This document shows, piece after piece, positions 1-9,357 of a stretch of 64,000 nucleotides of DNA (position 1 is its first letter; every line of letters starts with the position of its first letter). Below the pieces are notes generated by a model. It was not told the DNA's origin and made no database searches. It saw only the letters and a list, made by a program, of their open reading frames with translations. The stretch covers positions 1 to 64,000 of the forward strand of contig OY969763.1 of the NCBI GenBank assembly GCA_963702845.1, in the 5' to 3' direction. The position numbers and the translations under genes were made by a program. The stretch is from an uncultured Verrucomicrobiae bacterium (GTDB lineage Bacteria; Verrucomicrobiota; Verrucomicrobiia; Limisphaerales; Palsa-1400).

Positions 1-464
1 GACTGGTGATGCAGGAGTCAGCCCACAGCCTCACCTCTGAAGAGCGCGTGATGATCAACCGCGTCCTCGATTTACAAAATGTCCGTGTGCGTAATATCAC
101 GGTGCCATTTTCTGAAGTTGTTTCCGTCACGACGAAACGCCCATGTCTCAGGTTGTCGAACATTTGTCGCGAACGTAATCTGACCCGCATGCCGATTTTG
201 CGATCCGACAACAAACGTGTCATTGGCACACTGGATATTGACGCTGTTCTCTATCGAGAAGATTTGGACCTGCAAAAGCCAGCGTCGGCGTACGTGCGCG
301 GTGCGTTGTTCTTATCGGAAGAGTTGCTGCTCGAAGAGGCGATGCGCCGCATGCAACGGACGGGCGATCGGCTTGCAATCGTTCTCGACCGCGAACAGCG
401 CGAACGCGGCATCGTCAGCTTGCAGGATATTTTGAAGGTCATTTTCGGGGAGGTGACGTTGTGA
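1..464 (+). CDS. CNNM/CorC-like CBS-domain protein, C-terminal part (5' end outside window)
   Basis: EERVMINRVLDL, V-R-N-I-T-V-P, TRMPI and LAIVLD..GIVSLQDILKVIFGE are CBS-pair motifs of the hemolysin/CNNM family; the frame is open to the window edge. Confidence 0.8.
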   Translation, partial: LVMQESAHSLTSEERVMINRVLDLQNVRVRNITVPFSEVVSVTTKRPCLRLSNICRERNLTRMPILRSDNKRVIGTLDIDAVLYREDLDLQKPASAYVRGALFLSEELLLEEAMRRMQRTGDRLAIVLDREQRERGIVSLQDILKVIFGEVTL

Positions 465-1792
465 CGACCGATGCCATCATGACGAATCTATTTCAGATCA
501 TTGCCGTCGTCGGCCTTGTTTTGACGAACGGATTCTTTGTGGCCGCAGAATTTGCGTTCGTCCGTTTGCGTGACACACAACTGGATGGTCTCGTTGCGAA
601 AGGCCATCGGCGCGCGCGACTGGCACGTCACATCGTGCAGAATCTCACGAGCTATCTTAGCGCCACTCAACTGGGCATAACGATTGCGAGCCTTGGCCTG
701 GGCTGGATTGGCGAGCCGGTGTTCGCGCACTTGCTTGAGCCGATTTTAAACGGTTTGCACATCCAATCCGAACGCGCCCAGCACACCATTTCATTCGCAG
801 TCGGGTTTGCGGTTTTGACGTTCCTGCAAATCGTCGTAGGCGAGCTCGGTCCAAAATGGTTCGCGATTCAAAAGACGATGCCGGCTTCCTTGTGGATCGC
901 CCGGCCACTCCACTGGTTCTATATCGCATTTTATCCGATAAATTGGGCGCTGAATCATTCTGCACAATGGATTCTGCGCCGTGTTGGAATTGAGCCGGTG
1001 AATGAATCCAGCCTGGTTCATTCCGAGGAAGAACTGCGAGTCATGCTCGGTGAGCGGCGCGTTCACGCGTCGCGGCTAAGCCGCGAGATTTTGATGAACG
1101 CGTTGGACCTGAGTCGGCGCATCGTCCGCAACGTGATGCGCCCGCGAACTGAAATTGTCGTGCTCGATACCGAGGCGTCGATTGAAGAGTGCCTCGACGT
1201 CGCGGAGAAGACTCGTTATTCACGGCTGCCGCTCGCCGAAGGTGGCGATCCTGATAAAACCCTCGGCGTCATTCATATCAAAGATCTCTATGCGATGCGC
1301 AAGAAAGCGAAACGCGGAGCAGACCTGACGCCCGTTGCTCGAAAGTTAATTTACGTTCCCGAAACAACGCGGCTCGAAAAGCTGCTCCAGCTTTTCCTCG
1401 AACGAAAGCTTCACCTAGCTATCGTGATCGACGAATACGGCGGCACGACCGGACTGGTGAGTCTCGAAAATATTTTGGAAGAGTTGGTTGGTCAGATTCA
1501 GGACGAATTCGACCAGGAAAAACCGCTTGTTGTCCGCCGCGACGAGAAGACATGGGAGATTGATGGCGCGCTGCCAATCCATGAACTGGCCGAGTTGGTC
1601 GGTCACAATATAGCCGCCGAAGACATCGCGACCACTAGCGGTTGGGTGACGCAGGCGCTCGGCGGATTCCCTAAAACTGGTGACGTGCTTCCGATTGGAG
1701 ATTTCGACATTCGCATCGAGGAAACGGACGGGCTGCGCGTTTCACGCTTGAGACTCACTCGAGCACGCAAACCTGAAGGCGCTCCGGAGTAA
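461..1792 (+). CDS. HlyC/CorC family (CNNM/DUF21 + CBS pair + CorC_HlyC) Mg2+/Co2+ transporter-like protein
   Basis: NGFFVAAEFA, ATQLGITIASLGLGWIGEP, VGELGPK, YSRLP, AIVIDEYGGTTGLVSLENILEELVG; GTGA overlap with the upstream gene. Confidence 0.92.
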   Translation: MTTDAIMTNLFQIIAVVGLVLTNGFFVAAEFAFVRLRDTQLDGLVAKGHRRARLARHIVQNLTSYLSATQLGITIASLGLGWIGEPVFAHLLEPILNGLHIQSERAQHTISFAVGFAVLTFLQIVVGELGPKWFAIQKTMPASLWIARPLHWFYIAFYPINWALNHSAQWILRRVGIEPVNESSLVHSEEELRVMLGERRVHASRLSREILMNALDLSRRIVRNVMRPRTEIVVLDTEASIEECLDVAEKTRYSRLPLAEGGDPDKTLGVIHIKDLYAMRKKAKRGADLTPVARKLIYVPETTRLEKLLQLFLERKLHLAIVIDEYGGTTGLVSLENILEELVGQIQDEFDQEKPLVVRRDEKTWEIDGALPIHELAELVGHNIAAEDIATTSGWVTQALGGFPKTGDVLPIGDFDIRIEETDGLRVSRLRLTRARKPEGAPE

Positions 1793-2506
1793 CTACGCGC
1801 GAGCGACTGCGACGAGGCTTTGGCCGAAGGGTGGCGCCATGATGTTCGTCTCGGTCCAATTAACCACGGGAAAGATTAGGCGATCGAACATGCGCACGCC
1901 GCCGGGATTAAAGTTGCGCTGTCGCAGCACGCAGAAATTCAGCCACCACGCAAAATAGCCGACGCAGTTGAAATAGTTGAGCCGGACGATTTCAAATCCA
2001 GCGGCCTCGAGTTTCTGTTTCAATTCCGGTTTCGAATAGCGTCTATGATGGCCGAAGTCGGCATCAATCGGCGCGTAGATTTCCTGTCGCGCCGGGACAA
2101 ACAAATTTACTGTCCCGCGTCGTTTCGCGAGCAGCTTTTTATACTTTCGCAGTTCCAACTCATCTTCGCGGATGTGCTCCAGCACATTCACGCTGAACAA
2201 GGCGTCCCAATCAGTATTCACCGGAAGATTATCGATCGTTCCGCAAATCAGCGCCTGGTCGGGATGCGCTTTTTTAAAGTGCTCGCAAAAACGTAAGTCT
2301 GGCTCGATGCATTGCAGCGTTTCGATAGTCGGAACTTGCCGCAGCAACGTTGTCATCTGCCCAATGCCACCACCGATTTCGATAACGCGCCCTTTGAGAA
2401 ACGGGGTGAATTCGCGCATCAGCGCGCGGGGATAATTGCGGGCTTCGGCCAGTGCGCTGAACTCAAAATCGGCTGTGTTGGCTGCCTCGTTCGGCCGTTC
2501 TTTCAT
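1793..2506 (-). CDS. Class I SAM-dependent methyltransferase
   Basis: VIEIGGGIG motif I, NVLEHI, GHHRRYS; ATGA overlap with the GT2 gene. Confidence 0.85.
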   Translation of the reverse strand: MKERPNEAANTADFEFSALAEARNYPRALMREFTPFLKGRVIEIGGGIGQMTTLLRQVPTIETLQCIEPDLRFCEHFKKAHPDQALICGTIDNLPVNTDWDALFSVNVLEHIREDELELRKYKKLLAKRRGTVNLFVPARQEIYAPIDADFGHHRRYSKPELKQKLEAAGFEIVRLNYFNCVGYFAWWLNFCVLRQRNFNPGGVRMFDRLIFPVVNWTETNIMAPPFGQSLVAVARA

Positions 2507-3240
2507 CGGCGGAAGAAATTATATTTAAGGATGCAACGCATTGCGCTGACGCCGTCACGCCATCCAATTTTTTTGCCTTCGGCGTAGGTGCGGCCGTAGT
2601 AGGAGATCGCGACTTCATAAATGCGCACATCCAACTTTGCCACTTTCGCGACGATTTCGGGTTCGAATCCGAACCGGTCTTCCTCAATAACTATGCGTTT
2701 GATGACCTCGCGACGGAAAACTTTATAACCCGTTTCCATGTCGGTGAGGTTGAGGTTTGTGGCCATGTTCGACAAAAGTGTGAGCAGCTTGTTACCGAAG
2801 GAGTGCCAATAATAAAGCACGCGATGGGCGCCCGAGCCGGAAAAACGCGAACCAAAAACCACATCTGCTTTTCCAGAGATAATCGGACGGCAAAGAACCG
2901 GGTATTCCGTCGGGTCGTATTCCAGGTCGCCGTCCTGCACCATTAGAATTGGCGCAGTTGCGACGCTGAAACCTGTCCTTAAGGCTGCGCCTTTGCCCCG
3001 ATTGATGTCGTGTCGATGGAGTTTGACACGGCTGTCCTGTTTGGCGACGAGTTGAAGAACATTCCACGTGCTGTCTTTCGAACCGTCATCAACGACGATG
3101 ACTTCGGCAACCAGCGGTTGTGCGAGCACGGTCTTGATAATGTTCGAGATCGTTGCCGCCTCGTTGTAGACGGGGACGATAACGCCCAGGCATGGCGTAT
3201 TGTCGCTTAACTCTTTGGTTGCTGAACTGACGGGGGTCAT
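2503..3240 (-). CDS. GT2 glycosyltransferase, polyprenol-phosphate glycosyltransferase (DPM synthase-like)
   Basis: IVPVYNE, VVDDGSKD, NRGKGAA, QDGDLEYDP, DMETGYK, FGFEPE. Confidence 0.92.
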   Translation of the reverse strand: MTPVSSATKELSDNTPCLGVIVPVYNEAATISNIIKTVLAQPLVAEVIVVDDGSKDSTWNVLQLVAKQDSRVKLHRHDINRGKGAALRTGFSVATAPILMVQDGDLEYDPTEYPVLCRPIISGKADVVFGSRFSGSGAHRVLYYWHSFGNKLLTLLSNMATNLNLTDMETGYKVFRREVIKRIVIEEDRFGFEPEIVAKVAKLDVRIYEVAISYYGRTYAEGKKIGWRDGVSAMRCILKYNFFRR

Positions 3241-3295
3241 TTCGACCGCCCATTGTCGTAATAGCAGGGGTTCGGGTCAACCAATTACAACAGCA

Positions 3296-4192
3296 CTACT
3301 GCATTCCCGTTTGCAACCCGAATGGCTGCGCTTGCGCCTGCAATCCGTATGCCGGCGCGCCGCCTTGCGTTTTCTTCGGCGAAGGTTCGATGAGGGATTC
3401 AAGCATCTCAGCGATTCGCTTCTTCAACGGCGGCACGCGCAGATTGCAGAGCAGGAATGGATCTTTGATCCAGGTAACCGAATTCGATATCCAATCAATC
3501 AACGTCGCGCCAAGCGCCAGTGAGTGGTTCAAATGTGTCGACGGCCCAAGGTACGTTTCGTCACCAAGGTAACTGTCAGTCATCTCGGCCCCAGCACCCA
3601 CCCAGGCGTAGTTCTCTACAACGGCGTTCGGTCCGACTACGGCGCCTTCGTCGATATGCACGTAGTCACCGAGCCAAACGGGTGCGCAAAATTTCACTCC
3701 CGGCGCAATACGCGTGCGTAGCCCAGCCCAAACACCCGGCTGAATCTGGTGCAACCCGACATGCGGTTCCAGCCGTGCATGCGGCATCCACAAACGTAAT
3801 GTCTGCAAAAAACCGGCGTAACTGCTGAACAAATTGTGTTGTGTGTCCCACGGAAGGCAGTCGGCCAGGATGACGTCGTTGGGTTCGTCCAGCCAGCCAG
3901 GCTCATCTTTTTTGTGGAATCGCGCACGCGCATCTTCAACTTTGCTTTCGCTCGGCTCCGAAACGACTTCCAGAGAAATGCCCCAGCGCTCACCGGACCC
4001 AAGTTTGCTCGCAATTTCCTGCGGTCGGTCGGGCGCGATTACCCTGACTTGCTTCGCGCCGTTCGCCGCGAGGAATTCCAACCAATGTTCCACCACGGTT
4101 TTGCCGAACAACGGCTTATTCGCCAAAGGCGAACGCTCCCACAATCCTTCCATGCCAGGTCTGCGGCCTGGACAGATGATGACTGATTTCAT
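3296..4192 (-). CDS. Degenerate NDP-sugar pyrophosphorylase-like protein with left-handed beta-helix repeats
   Basis: MKSVII...KPLFGKTVVEHWLEFL, GSGERWGISL, hexapeptide repeats (PVWLGDYVHIDEGAVVGPNAVV); start at 4192 gives a TAATG overlap with the upstream gene. Confidence 0.7.
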   Translation of the reverse strand: MKSVIICPGRRPGMEGLWERSPLANKPLFGKTVVEHWLEFLAANGAKQVRVIAPDRPQEIASKLGSGERWGISLEVVSEPSESKVEDARARFHKKDEPGWLDEPNDVILADCLPWDTQHNLFSSYAGFLQTLRLWMPHARLEPHVGLHQIQPGVWAGLRTRIAPGVKFCAPVWLGDYVHIDEGAVVGPNAVVENYAWVGAGAEMTDSYLGDETYLGPSTHLNHSLALGATLIDWISNSVTWIKDPFLLCNLRVPPLKKRIAEMLESLIEPSPKKTQGGAPAYGLQAQAQPFGLQTGMQ

Positions 4193-4917
4193 TAATACGC
4201 CCCTTTGCGGTTGACCACCGCGGGAATGGTTTTCAGCAAGATTTTCACGTCCGTCCAAAAGCACTGGCGTTCGATGTACATGACGTCCAATTCGACCTGC
4301 TGCGGAAAATCAATTTCAGCTCGGCCTCCCACCTGCCAGAAGCAGGTGATGCCCGGGACTGCTTCCAGACGGCGTCGATCCTGCATCGAATAAAGCGCTA
4401 CTTCGCGCGGCACCGGCGGGCGTGGCCCAACCAACGACATCTCGCCGCGCAGAACATTGAACATCTGCGGTAATTCGTCCAGCGACAGAGCACGAATCCA
4501 TTTGCCGACTTTTGTGATGCGCGGATCATCTTTGATTTTGAATGTCACTCCTTTGAGGTGCTGGTTTTTGCTCAGCAACTCAGAAAGACGCGCCTCGGCA
4601 TCCATGCACATCGAGCGGAATTTGAACATTTTGAACAGCCGTCCGTATTTTCCCACGCGTGTGTGCGTTGAATAGTGATCTGGCCCACCGTCCTCGAGCT
4701 TAATGCACAGCGCGATGAAGATGAACGCGGGCGATAACGCCAAAATCAGCATACCGCTGCCGAGAATATCCAACCCGCGTTTGGCGATGTGTGCTCCAGC
4801 CAATGCCGTTTTCCACGCCATCCGCCGCGTCAAAACACTCGCTCCTAGAAACATTCTGCCCGAGTGGGTGTTCGCTGCTAACAGCCGTGCCATCATTTCT
4901 TCTTGCCTCTCATGCAT
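4192..4917 (-). CDS. Phosphoglycosyl transferase (Bac_transf, priming sugar transferase)
   Basis: KRGLDI, FKFRSM, DDPRITKVG, SLDELPQ, MSLVGPRP, PGITCFWQV. Confidence 0.93.
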   Translation of the reverse strand: MHERQEEMMARLLAANTHSGRMFLGASVLTRRMAWKTALAGAHIAKRGLDILGSGMLILALSPAFIFIALCIKLEDGGPDHYSTHTRVGKYGRLFKMFKFRSMCMDAEARLSELLSKNQHLKGVTFKIKDDPRITKVGKWIRALSLDELPQMFNVLRGEMSLVGPRPPVPREVALYSMQDRRRLEAVPGITCFWQVGGRAEIDFPQQVELDVMYIERQCFWTDVKILLKTIPAVVNRKGAY

Positions 4918-4946
4918 ATCCCAAGCCCTATCTTTCTCCTTAATTC

Positions 4947-5586
4947 CTATTGCTGATTACTTGCGATTCTCTTTGCCAAAGCCTTTACGTCTGCTTCACC
5001 AAATGTGCCCGGAAGCACCACATCCGCCCATCGCGCCTGCGCTTGAACAAATCTTCTTGTGCATCGGCGCCACTGTCTCAATGAACTGTTCGCAAACCGA
5101 ATCTTCGGTGCGCCCGCGTTCCGCCACATCGCGCCGCATGCGGCGTTCAAACCGCAACTTTGTGTGGCATTCGATAAAAATTTTACAATCGAACAACCGC
5201 CGAACTGATGGTCTCCGCAACAACCAAAGCCCGTCCACAATAATGATTGGTTTTGCATTCAACACCGTGTGCTGTGGACGCCGGCAATGCGTTGCAAAGT
5301 CATAGCAGGGAACCCGCGCCGGTTTGCGGTTCATCAACTGCTTCAGTGTCTGTTCCAAACATTCCCAATCAATTGCGCGCGGATCATCGAAATTGCATTT
5401 GTTGCGACGTTTAGCCGGAACATGCGAGCGATCGTGATAGAAACTATCCAGGCACAGCACCAGCGCATCTTTCCCGAGTTCTTTTTTCAGTTGGTTGGCC
5501 AAGTAAGTTTTGCCGGCGCCGCTGCCTCCGACAATCGCGACCAACTTCGGGGCAGGTCTCTTCAGATTAGTTTTTTTGCGTTCCAT
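4947..5586 (-). CDS. udk: Uridine kinase (apparent frameshift near 5040)
   Basis: GGSGAGKT P-loop, DSFYHD, NFDDPRAIDW, PCYDF, RRMRRDVAERGR; C-terminus FVQAQARWADVVLP continues in another frame to the stop at 4947. Confidence 0.85.
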
Positions 5587-6000
5587 CGCGTCGCTAAATT
5601 ACTAAGCGTCTCCTTGCCGACAACCGCCGACACCAGATGCCAAATAGTGTGTCTAATTAACCGCATTTGAAGGCCGTTCTCAATCAGGTTCGCAACGGTT
5701 CTATCTACCCGACTTCTACTGTGTCAGCGCAGTGGTACCTGTGCGGACATGCGTTAGGCAAATTGCTCAGCACCGACTTCTGACTGCGTCTGATACCAAT
5801 ACGGGCACTCCTGCCTCAACGACGAAATGCGCTCGTCGTCCGTATATAAACCATTTAACAAAAACCATTAATTATTTGCGTGAAACCCACGCAGCACGCG
5901 TGAAAATGTAGCAGTTTTTGGACACTCCAACGCAATTTTCGTGCGCCTCAGCCATGCGCCTCCTAGGCAACTCGTATAATTCAAACGTTCGTTTCACTGG

Positions 6001-6016
6001 TGGCACGGAAACGGCT
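6001..6016 (+). promoter_or_regulatory. Candidate sigma54 (-24/-12) promoter
   Basis: TGGCACGGAAACGGCT has GG-N10-GC spacing and the TGGCACG core; AT-rich tract and palindrome TGCGTG-N5-CACGCA (5877-5893) lie upstream. Confidence 0.55.
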
Positions 6017-6028
6017 CAGTGGTAATCA

Positions 6029-6135
6029 GGTAGAGAGGCGCTGGAGTAGAATTTTTCTGGATGTGGGGCCACTCGTGAGGTGAGGTGGGGACTCAGGTTC
6101 AGAAAAGCAGAGCTTCTGCTCCAGTGCTCTCTATC
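6029..6135 (+). ncRNA. Long structured hairpin (5' leader or sRNA), unassigned family
   Basis: 6029-6051 pairs with 6114-6135 (22 bp, three G-U pairs, one bulge); 6052-6061 pairs with 6098-6107. Confidence 0.5.
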
Positions 6136-6165
6136 GAATTTAAAAGCCAGCCGAGGCTGAAAGTT

Positions 6166-6450
6166 ATGAGCGAACTAACGTTTCTTCAAGCCGGTTACCT
6201 GGCGAGCTTGCTTCTCGCTTCGTTGGTGCTTCCCGTTTTACTTAGCGCACTGGCACCCACTGGCCAGGCGGGCAAGACTTCCAGACGCATCGTGTGGTCA
6301 GGACAGATATTTTTGGGTATGGTTGGCGCGTCGTTGTTGATTTGGCCGGCGATTTCCCTCTACGTCGCGATCTGCGGCGTGCTCGTTGTGATGATGTGCG
6401 CTTCAGCTTTGCTCTTCTTGCGCGCCACACCGGCTCGTCACAAAGCTTGA
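6166..6450 (+). CDS. Small membrane protein (about 94 aa, about 3 TM helices), unknown function
   Basis: ATG at 6166 is in frame with ORF 6085-6450 and lies downstream of the hairpin; three hydrophobic segments. Confidence 0.65.
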   Translation: MSELTFLQAGYLASLLLASLVLPVLLSALAPTGQAGKTSRRIVWSGQIFLGMVGASLLIWPAISLYVAICGVLVVMMCASALLFLRATPARHKA

Positions 6451-6476
6451 AATACATCCAAAAAATGGGACGAAGC

Positions 6477-6506
6477 TGGACAAACCATGTGGTGACTTAA
6501 TAGAAT
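6477..6506 (+). promoter_or_regulatory. Candidate sigma70 promoter of the pilus operon
   Basis: TGGACA-18 nt-TAGAAT, 12 nt before the GTG start. Confidence 0.45.
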
Positions 6507-6518
6507 TTCCGTTTTCTT

Positions 6519-8216
6519 GTGTCGAACAAAGACGACTATTTAGTAGAATTGCTGAGTGACATGGGGTTGCTTACGGAAGCGAAACTCGCTCCGTTGCGCG
6601 AAGAGTCCGCGATGAACGGCGAATCGCTGCTCGACCTTGTCATATCCCGAAAACTCGTTCGCCCAATCGATGTTGCGCAAGCCAAGGCTACGCACTTCGG
6701 CTACGAATTCGTCAATCTCGGCGAGCTCCGATTGACCGACGACATTATTGCCGCCGTGCCGCGCCACGTCGCAAAACGCTATCGCGCCATCCCGGTCACC
6801 AAGACGGACTCTTCCATTGTCATCGCTCTGGCTGATCCTTCCGATCTCGATACGATCGACAGCCTACAGCGCCTGCTCAACGCTGAACTGGAACTGCGCG
6901 TCGCCCTTCCTGAAGACATCGATGCCGCGCTGGAAAAATATTACGGCGCAAAAGATGACCAGGTCGGAACAATCATCCAGGAAATCACCGAGAGTGAAGT
7001 TGAAGTCGTCACTCAAACCGGTGATGATGGCAATACCGTTGAAGCGGATGCGCCGATCATCAAGCTCGTCAACACGCTCATTGTCGAAGCTTTCAAGGCC
7101 CGTGCGTCTGATATCCATCTTGAGCCGTTGGCAAAGGTGTTTCGTGTTCGCTACCGAATCGACGGTGTGATGCACGAAATGAAGAGCCCGCCCAAACGCC
7201 TTCAGTCGTCCATCGTCGCACGCTTAAAAATTCAATCGAACATGTCCATCGCGGAACACCGCATCCCGCAAGACGGACGTATTCAGACGAAAGTCGGCGG
7301 CAAGTTGATCGACTTGCGTGTCTCCTGCATCCCGACCAGTCATGGCGAAAGTATCGTCATGCGTATTTTGGACAAGGAAAGCTTGCGCCTCGGGTTGCCG
7401 GAATTGGGCTTTTTCACGGATGACCAACAAACGTTCGAACGGCTGATCGGTTTGCCTGACGGCATCCTGCTCGTTACGGGTCCTACCGGTTCCGGTAAAA
7501 CGACGACGCTTTATTCCTGCCTTAACTTCATCAATCGTCCTGACCGTAAGATCATCACGGTTGAAGACCCGGTCGAATATTTGCTCGCGGGTATTAATCA
7601 GGTGCAGGTCAGTGAAACGGTCGGGTTGACGTTTTCAGCGGCTCTGCGCTCCATGCTTCGCCAGGCGCCCAACGTAATCATGCTGGGAGAAATTCGTGAC
7701 CTTGAAACAGCGACGATTGCTATTAACGCCTCGCTGACCGGTCACTTGGTGTTCTCAACCCTTCACACCAACGACGCGCCCGGCGCGGTTACCCGTTTAA
7801 TCGACATCGGGGTGAAGCCCTTCCTGGTCGCGTCCTCGACGCGCGCGCTTATGGCGCAACGTCTCGTTCGTAAAATTTGTAAAAAGTGCAAGACTCCTAC
7901 GCCGCTGTTGGATTCGGAGATTCGCGCTCTCGGCATCGACCCTGCGAAAGTAGCTGATGCCAAAACGATGAAAGGCAAAGGTTGCGTCGACTGTAACAAG
8001 ACCGGGCACCGTGGTCGTATGGGAATCTTTGAAATTTTTGTCATCGACGACGAAGCGCGAAAACTGATTTATGACCGAGTTCCCAATTCCACGTTGCGCA
8101 CACGCGCTCGTGAAATGGGCATGCGCACCCTTCGCGAAGACGGTTGCCGTAAGGTGTTGGCAGGGCAAACGACGGCTGACGAAGTCATCCGAGCAACCGT
8201 CGGCGACACCGATTAA
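6519..8216 (+). CDS. pilB: GspE/PilB family assembly ATPase, copy 1
   Basis: [43 protein letters not shown], CxxC...CxxC zinc motif. Confidence 0.92.
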   Translation: MSNKDDYLVELLSDMGLLTEAKLAPLREESAMNGESLLDLVISRKLVRPIDVAQAKATHFGYEFVNLGELRLTDDIIAAVPRHVAKRYRAIPVTKTDSSIVIALADPSDLDTIDSLQRLLNAELELRVALPEDIDAALEKYYGAKDDQVGTIIQEITESEVEVVTQTGDDGNTVEADAPIIKLVNTLIVEAFKARASDIHLEPLAKVFRVRYRIDGVMHEMKSPPKRLQSSIVARLKIQSNMSIAEHRIPQDGRIQTKVGGKLIDLRVSCIPTSHGESIVMRILDKESLRLGLPELGFFTDDQQTFERLIGLPDGILLVTGPTGSGKTTTLYSCLNFINRPDRKIITVEDPVEYLLAGINQVQVSETVGLTFSAALRSMLRQAPNVIMLGEIRDLETATIAINASLTGHLVFSTLHTNDAPGAVTRLIDIGVKPFLVASSTRALMAQRLVRKICKKCKTPTPLLDSEIRALGIDPAKVADAKTMKGKGCVDCNKTGHRGRMGIFEIFVIDDEARKLIYDRVPNSTLRTRAREMGMRTLREDGCRKVLAGQTTADEVIRATVGDTD

Positions 8217-8235
8217 CCGATTTACGATTTAAAAT

Positions 8236-9351
8236 ATGTCTTATTCCATGTCAGACCTGTTGCAGTTGGTGGTCTCCGAAGGATCATCTGACTTGCACAT
8301 CCGCGTCGGCGTGCCGCCGGTTATTCGCGTTCACGGCATCTTGAATCGCGTCGATGGACCTCCTCTCACGGCCGAGGACGCGGAAGAGTTGATGCGCAGT
8401 ATTACTTCCGAAGATCACGTTCAGCAGACCCGCGAAAAAGGGGGTGCGGACTTCGGTTTTGCTTTCGGTGAACTGGCGCGTTTCCGTGTCAGCGTTTTTA
8501 AGGAAAAAGGAAATTTCGGACTGGTTTTGCGTCAGATTCCAAACAAGTTGCTGACGCTCGAACAAATCGGTTTGCCGCCAAATACTGTCCATACGCTGCT
8601 AAATAAGCCGCGCGGGCTGATTCTTGTTACCGGTCCGACGGGCTCCGGTAAAACGACCAGCTTGGCATCGATGATCAATATCATCAACCAGGAGCGTGAT
8701 GATGCGCACATCATCACGATCGAAGACCCGATCGAATATTATCACACCCATAAAAAGGCAGTCGTCACGCAGCGCGAAGTACACATCGACGTGCCGAGTT
8801 TCGCGGAAGCTTTGCGCCGCGCCTTGCGTCAAGACCCGGACGTGATTCTGGTCGGCGAATTGCGCGACCTTGAAACGATGGAAGCGGCGATTACGGCTGC
8901 CGAAACCGGTCACTTGGTCTTCGGCACGTTGCACACCACCGGTGCGGCGAAAACGATCGACCGTCTTGTGAACGCGTTTCCGATGAACCAACAGGAAACG
9001 ATTCGTATTCAGCTTTCGACCGTTTTGCAGGCGGTTATTTCGCAGTTGCTGATTCCACGCGTGGACAAACCAGGCCGCGTCGCGGTTTACGAAATCATGA
9101 TCAACACCCCGGCTATCGCGGCGCTGATTCGTGATAATAAAACGTTCCGTATTAACTCCGACATTCAGACCGGCGCTAAATACGGGATGGTGACGCTCGA
9201 CGGGTTTTTGATGGAAAAATATCAGCAAGGCTGGATTGCCCGCGAAGAAGTCATCAACAAATCGCAAGACCCCGCCACGGTTATCCAAAAGCTGGCCGAG
9301 TGGGAAGCCGCGCAAGCCGAAGAAGCGGCCCGCAACAAGCAAGCCCAGTAA
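8236..9351 (+). CDS. pilT: Type IV pilus retraction ATPase PilT
   Basis: [62 protein letters not shown] (AIRNLIRE variant). Confidence 0.93.
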   Translation: MSYSMSDLLQLVVSEGSSDLHIRVGVPPVIRVHGILNRVDGPPLTAEDAEELMRSITSEDHVQQTREKGGADFGFAFGELARFRVSVFKEKGNFGLVLRQIPNKLLTLEQIGLPPNTVHTLLNKPRGLILVTGPTGSGKTTSLASMINIINQERDDAHIITIEDPIEYYHTHKKAVVTQREVHIDVPSFAEALRRALRQDPDVILVGELRDLETMEAAITAAETGHLVFGTLHTTGAAKTIDRLVNAFPMNQQETIRIQLSTVLQAVISQLLIPRVDKPGRVAVYEIMINTPAIAALIRDNKTFRINSDIQTGAKYGMVTLDGFLMEKYQQGWIAREEVINKSQDPATVIQKLAEWEAAQAEEAARNKQAQ

Positions 9352-9357
9352 GAATTT

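Noticed and set aside
2655..2675. GGTTCGAATCC tRNA T-arm-like motif
   Set aside because: Lies within the GT2 coding sequence (antisense of FGFEP) and has no cloverleaf
6029..6135. Hairpin as SRP RNA or 6S RNA
   Set aside because: Lacks the SRP domain IV GGAA-loop motif and is too short for 6S, with no large central bubble
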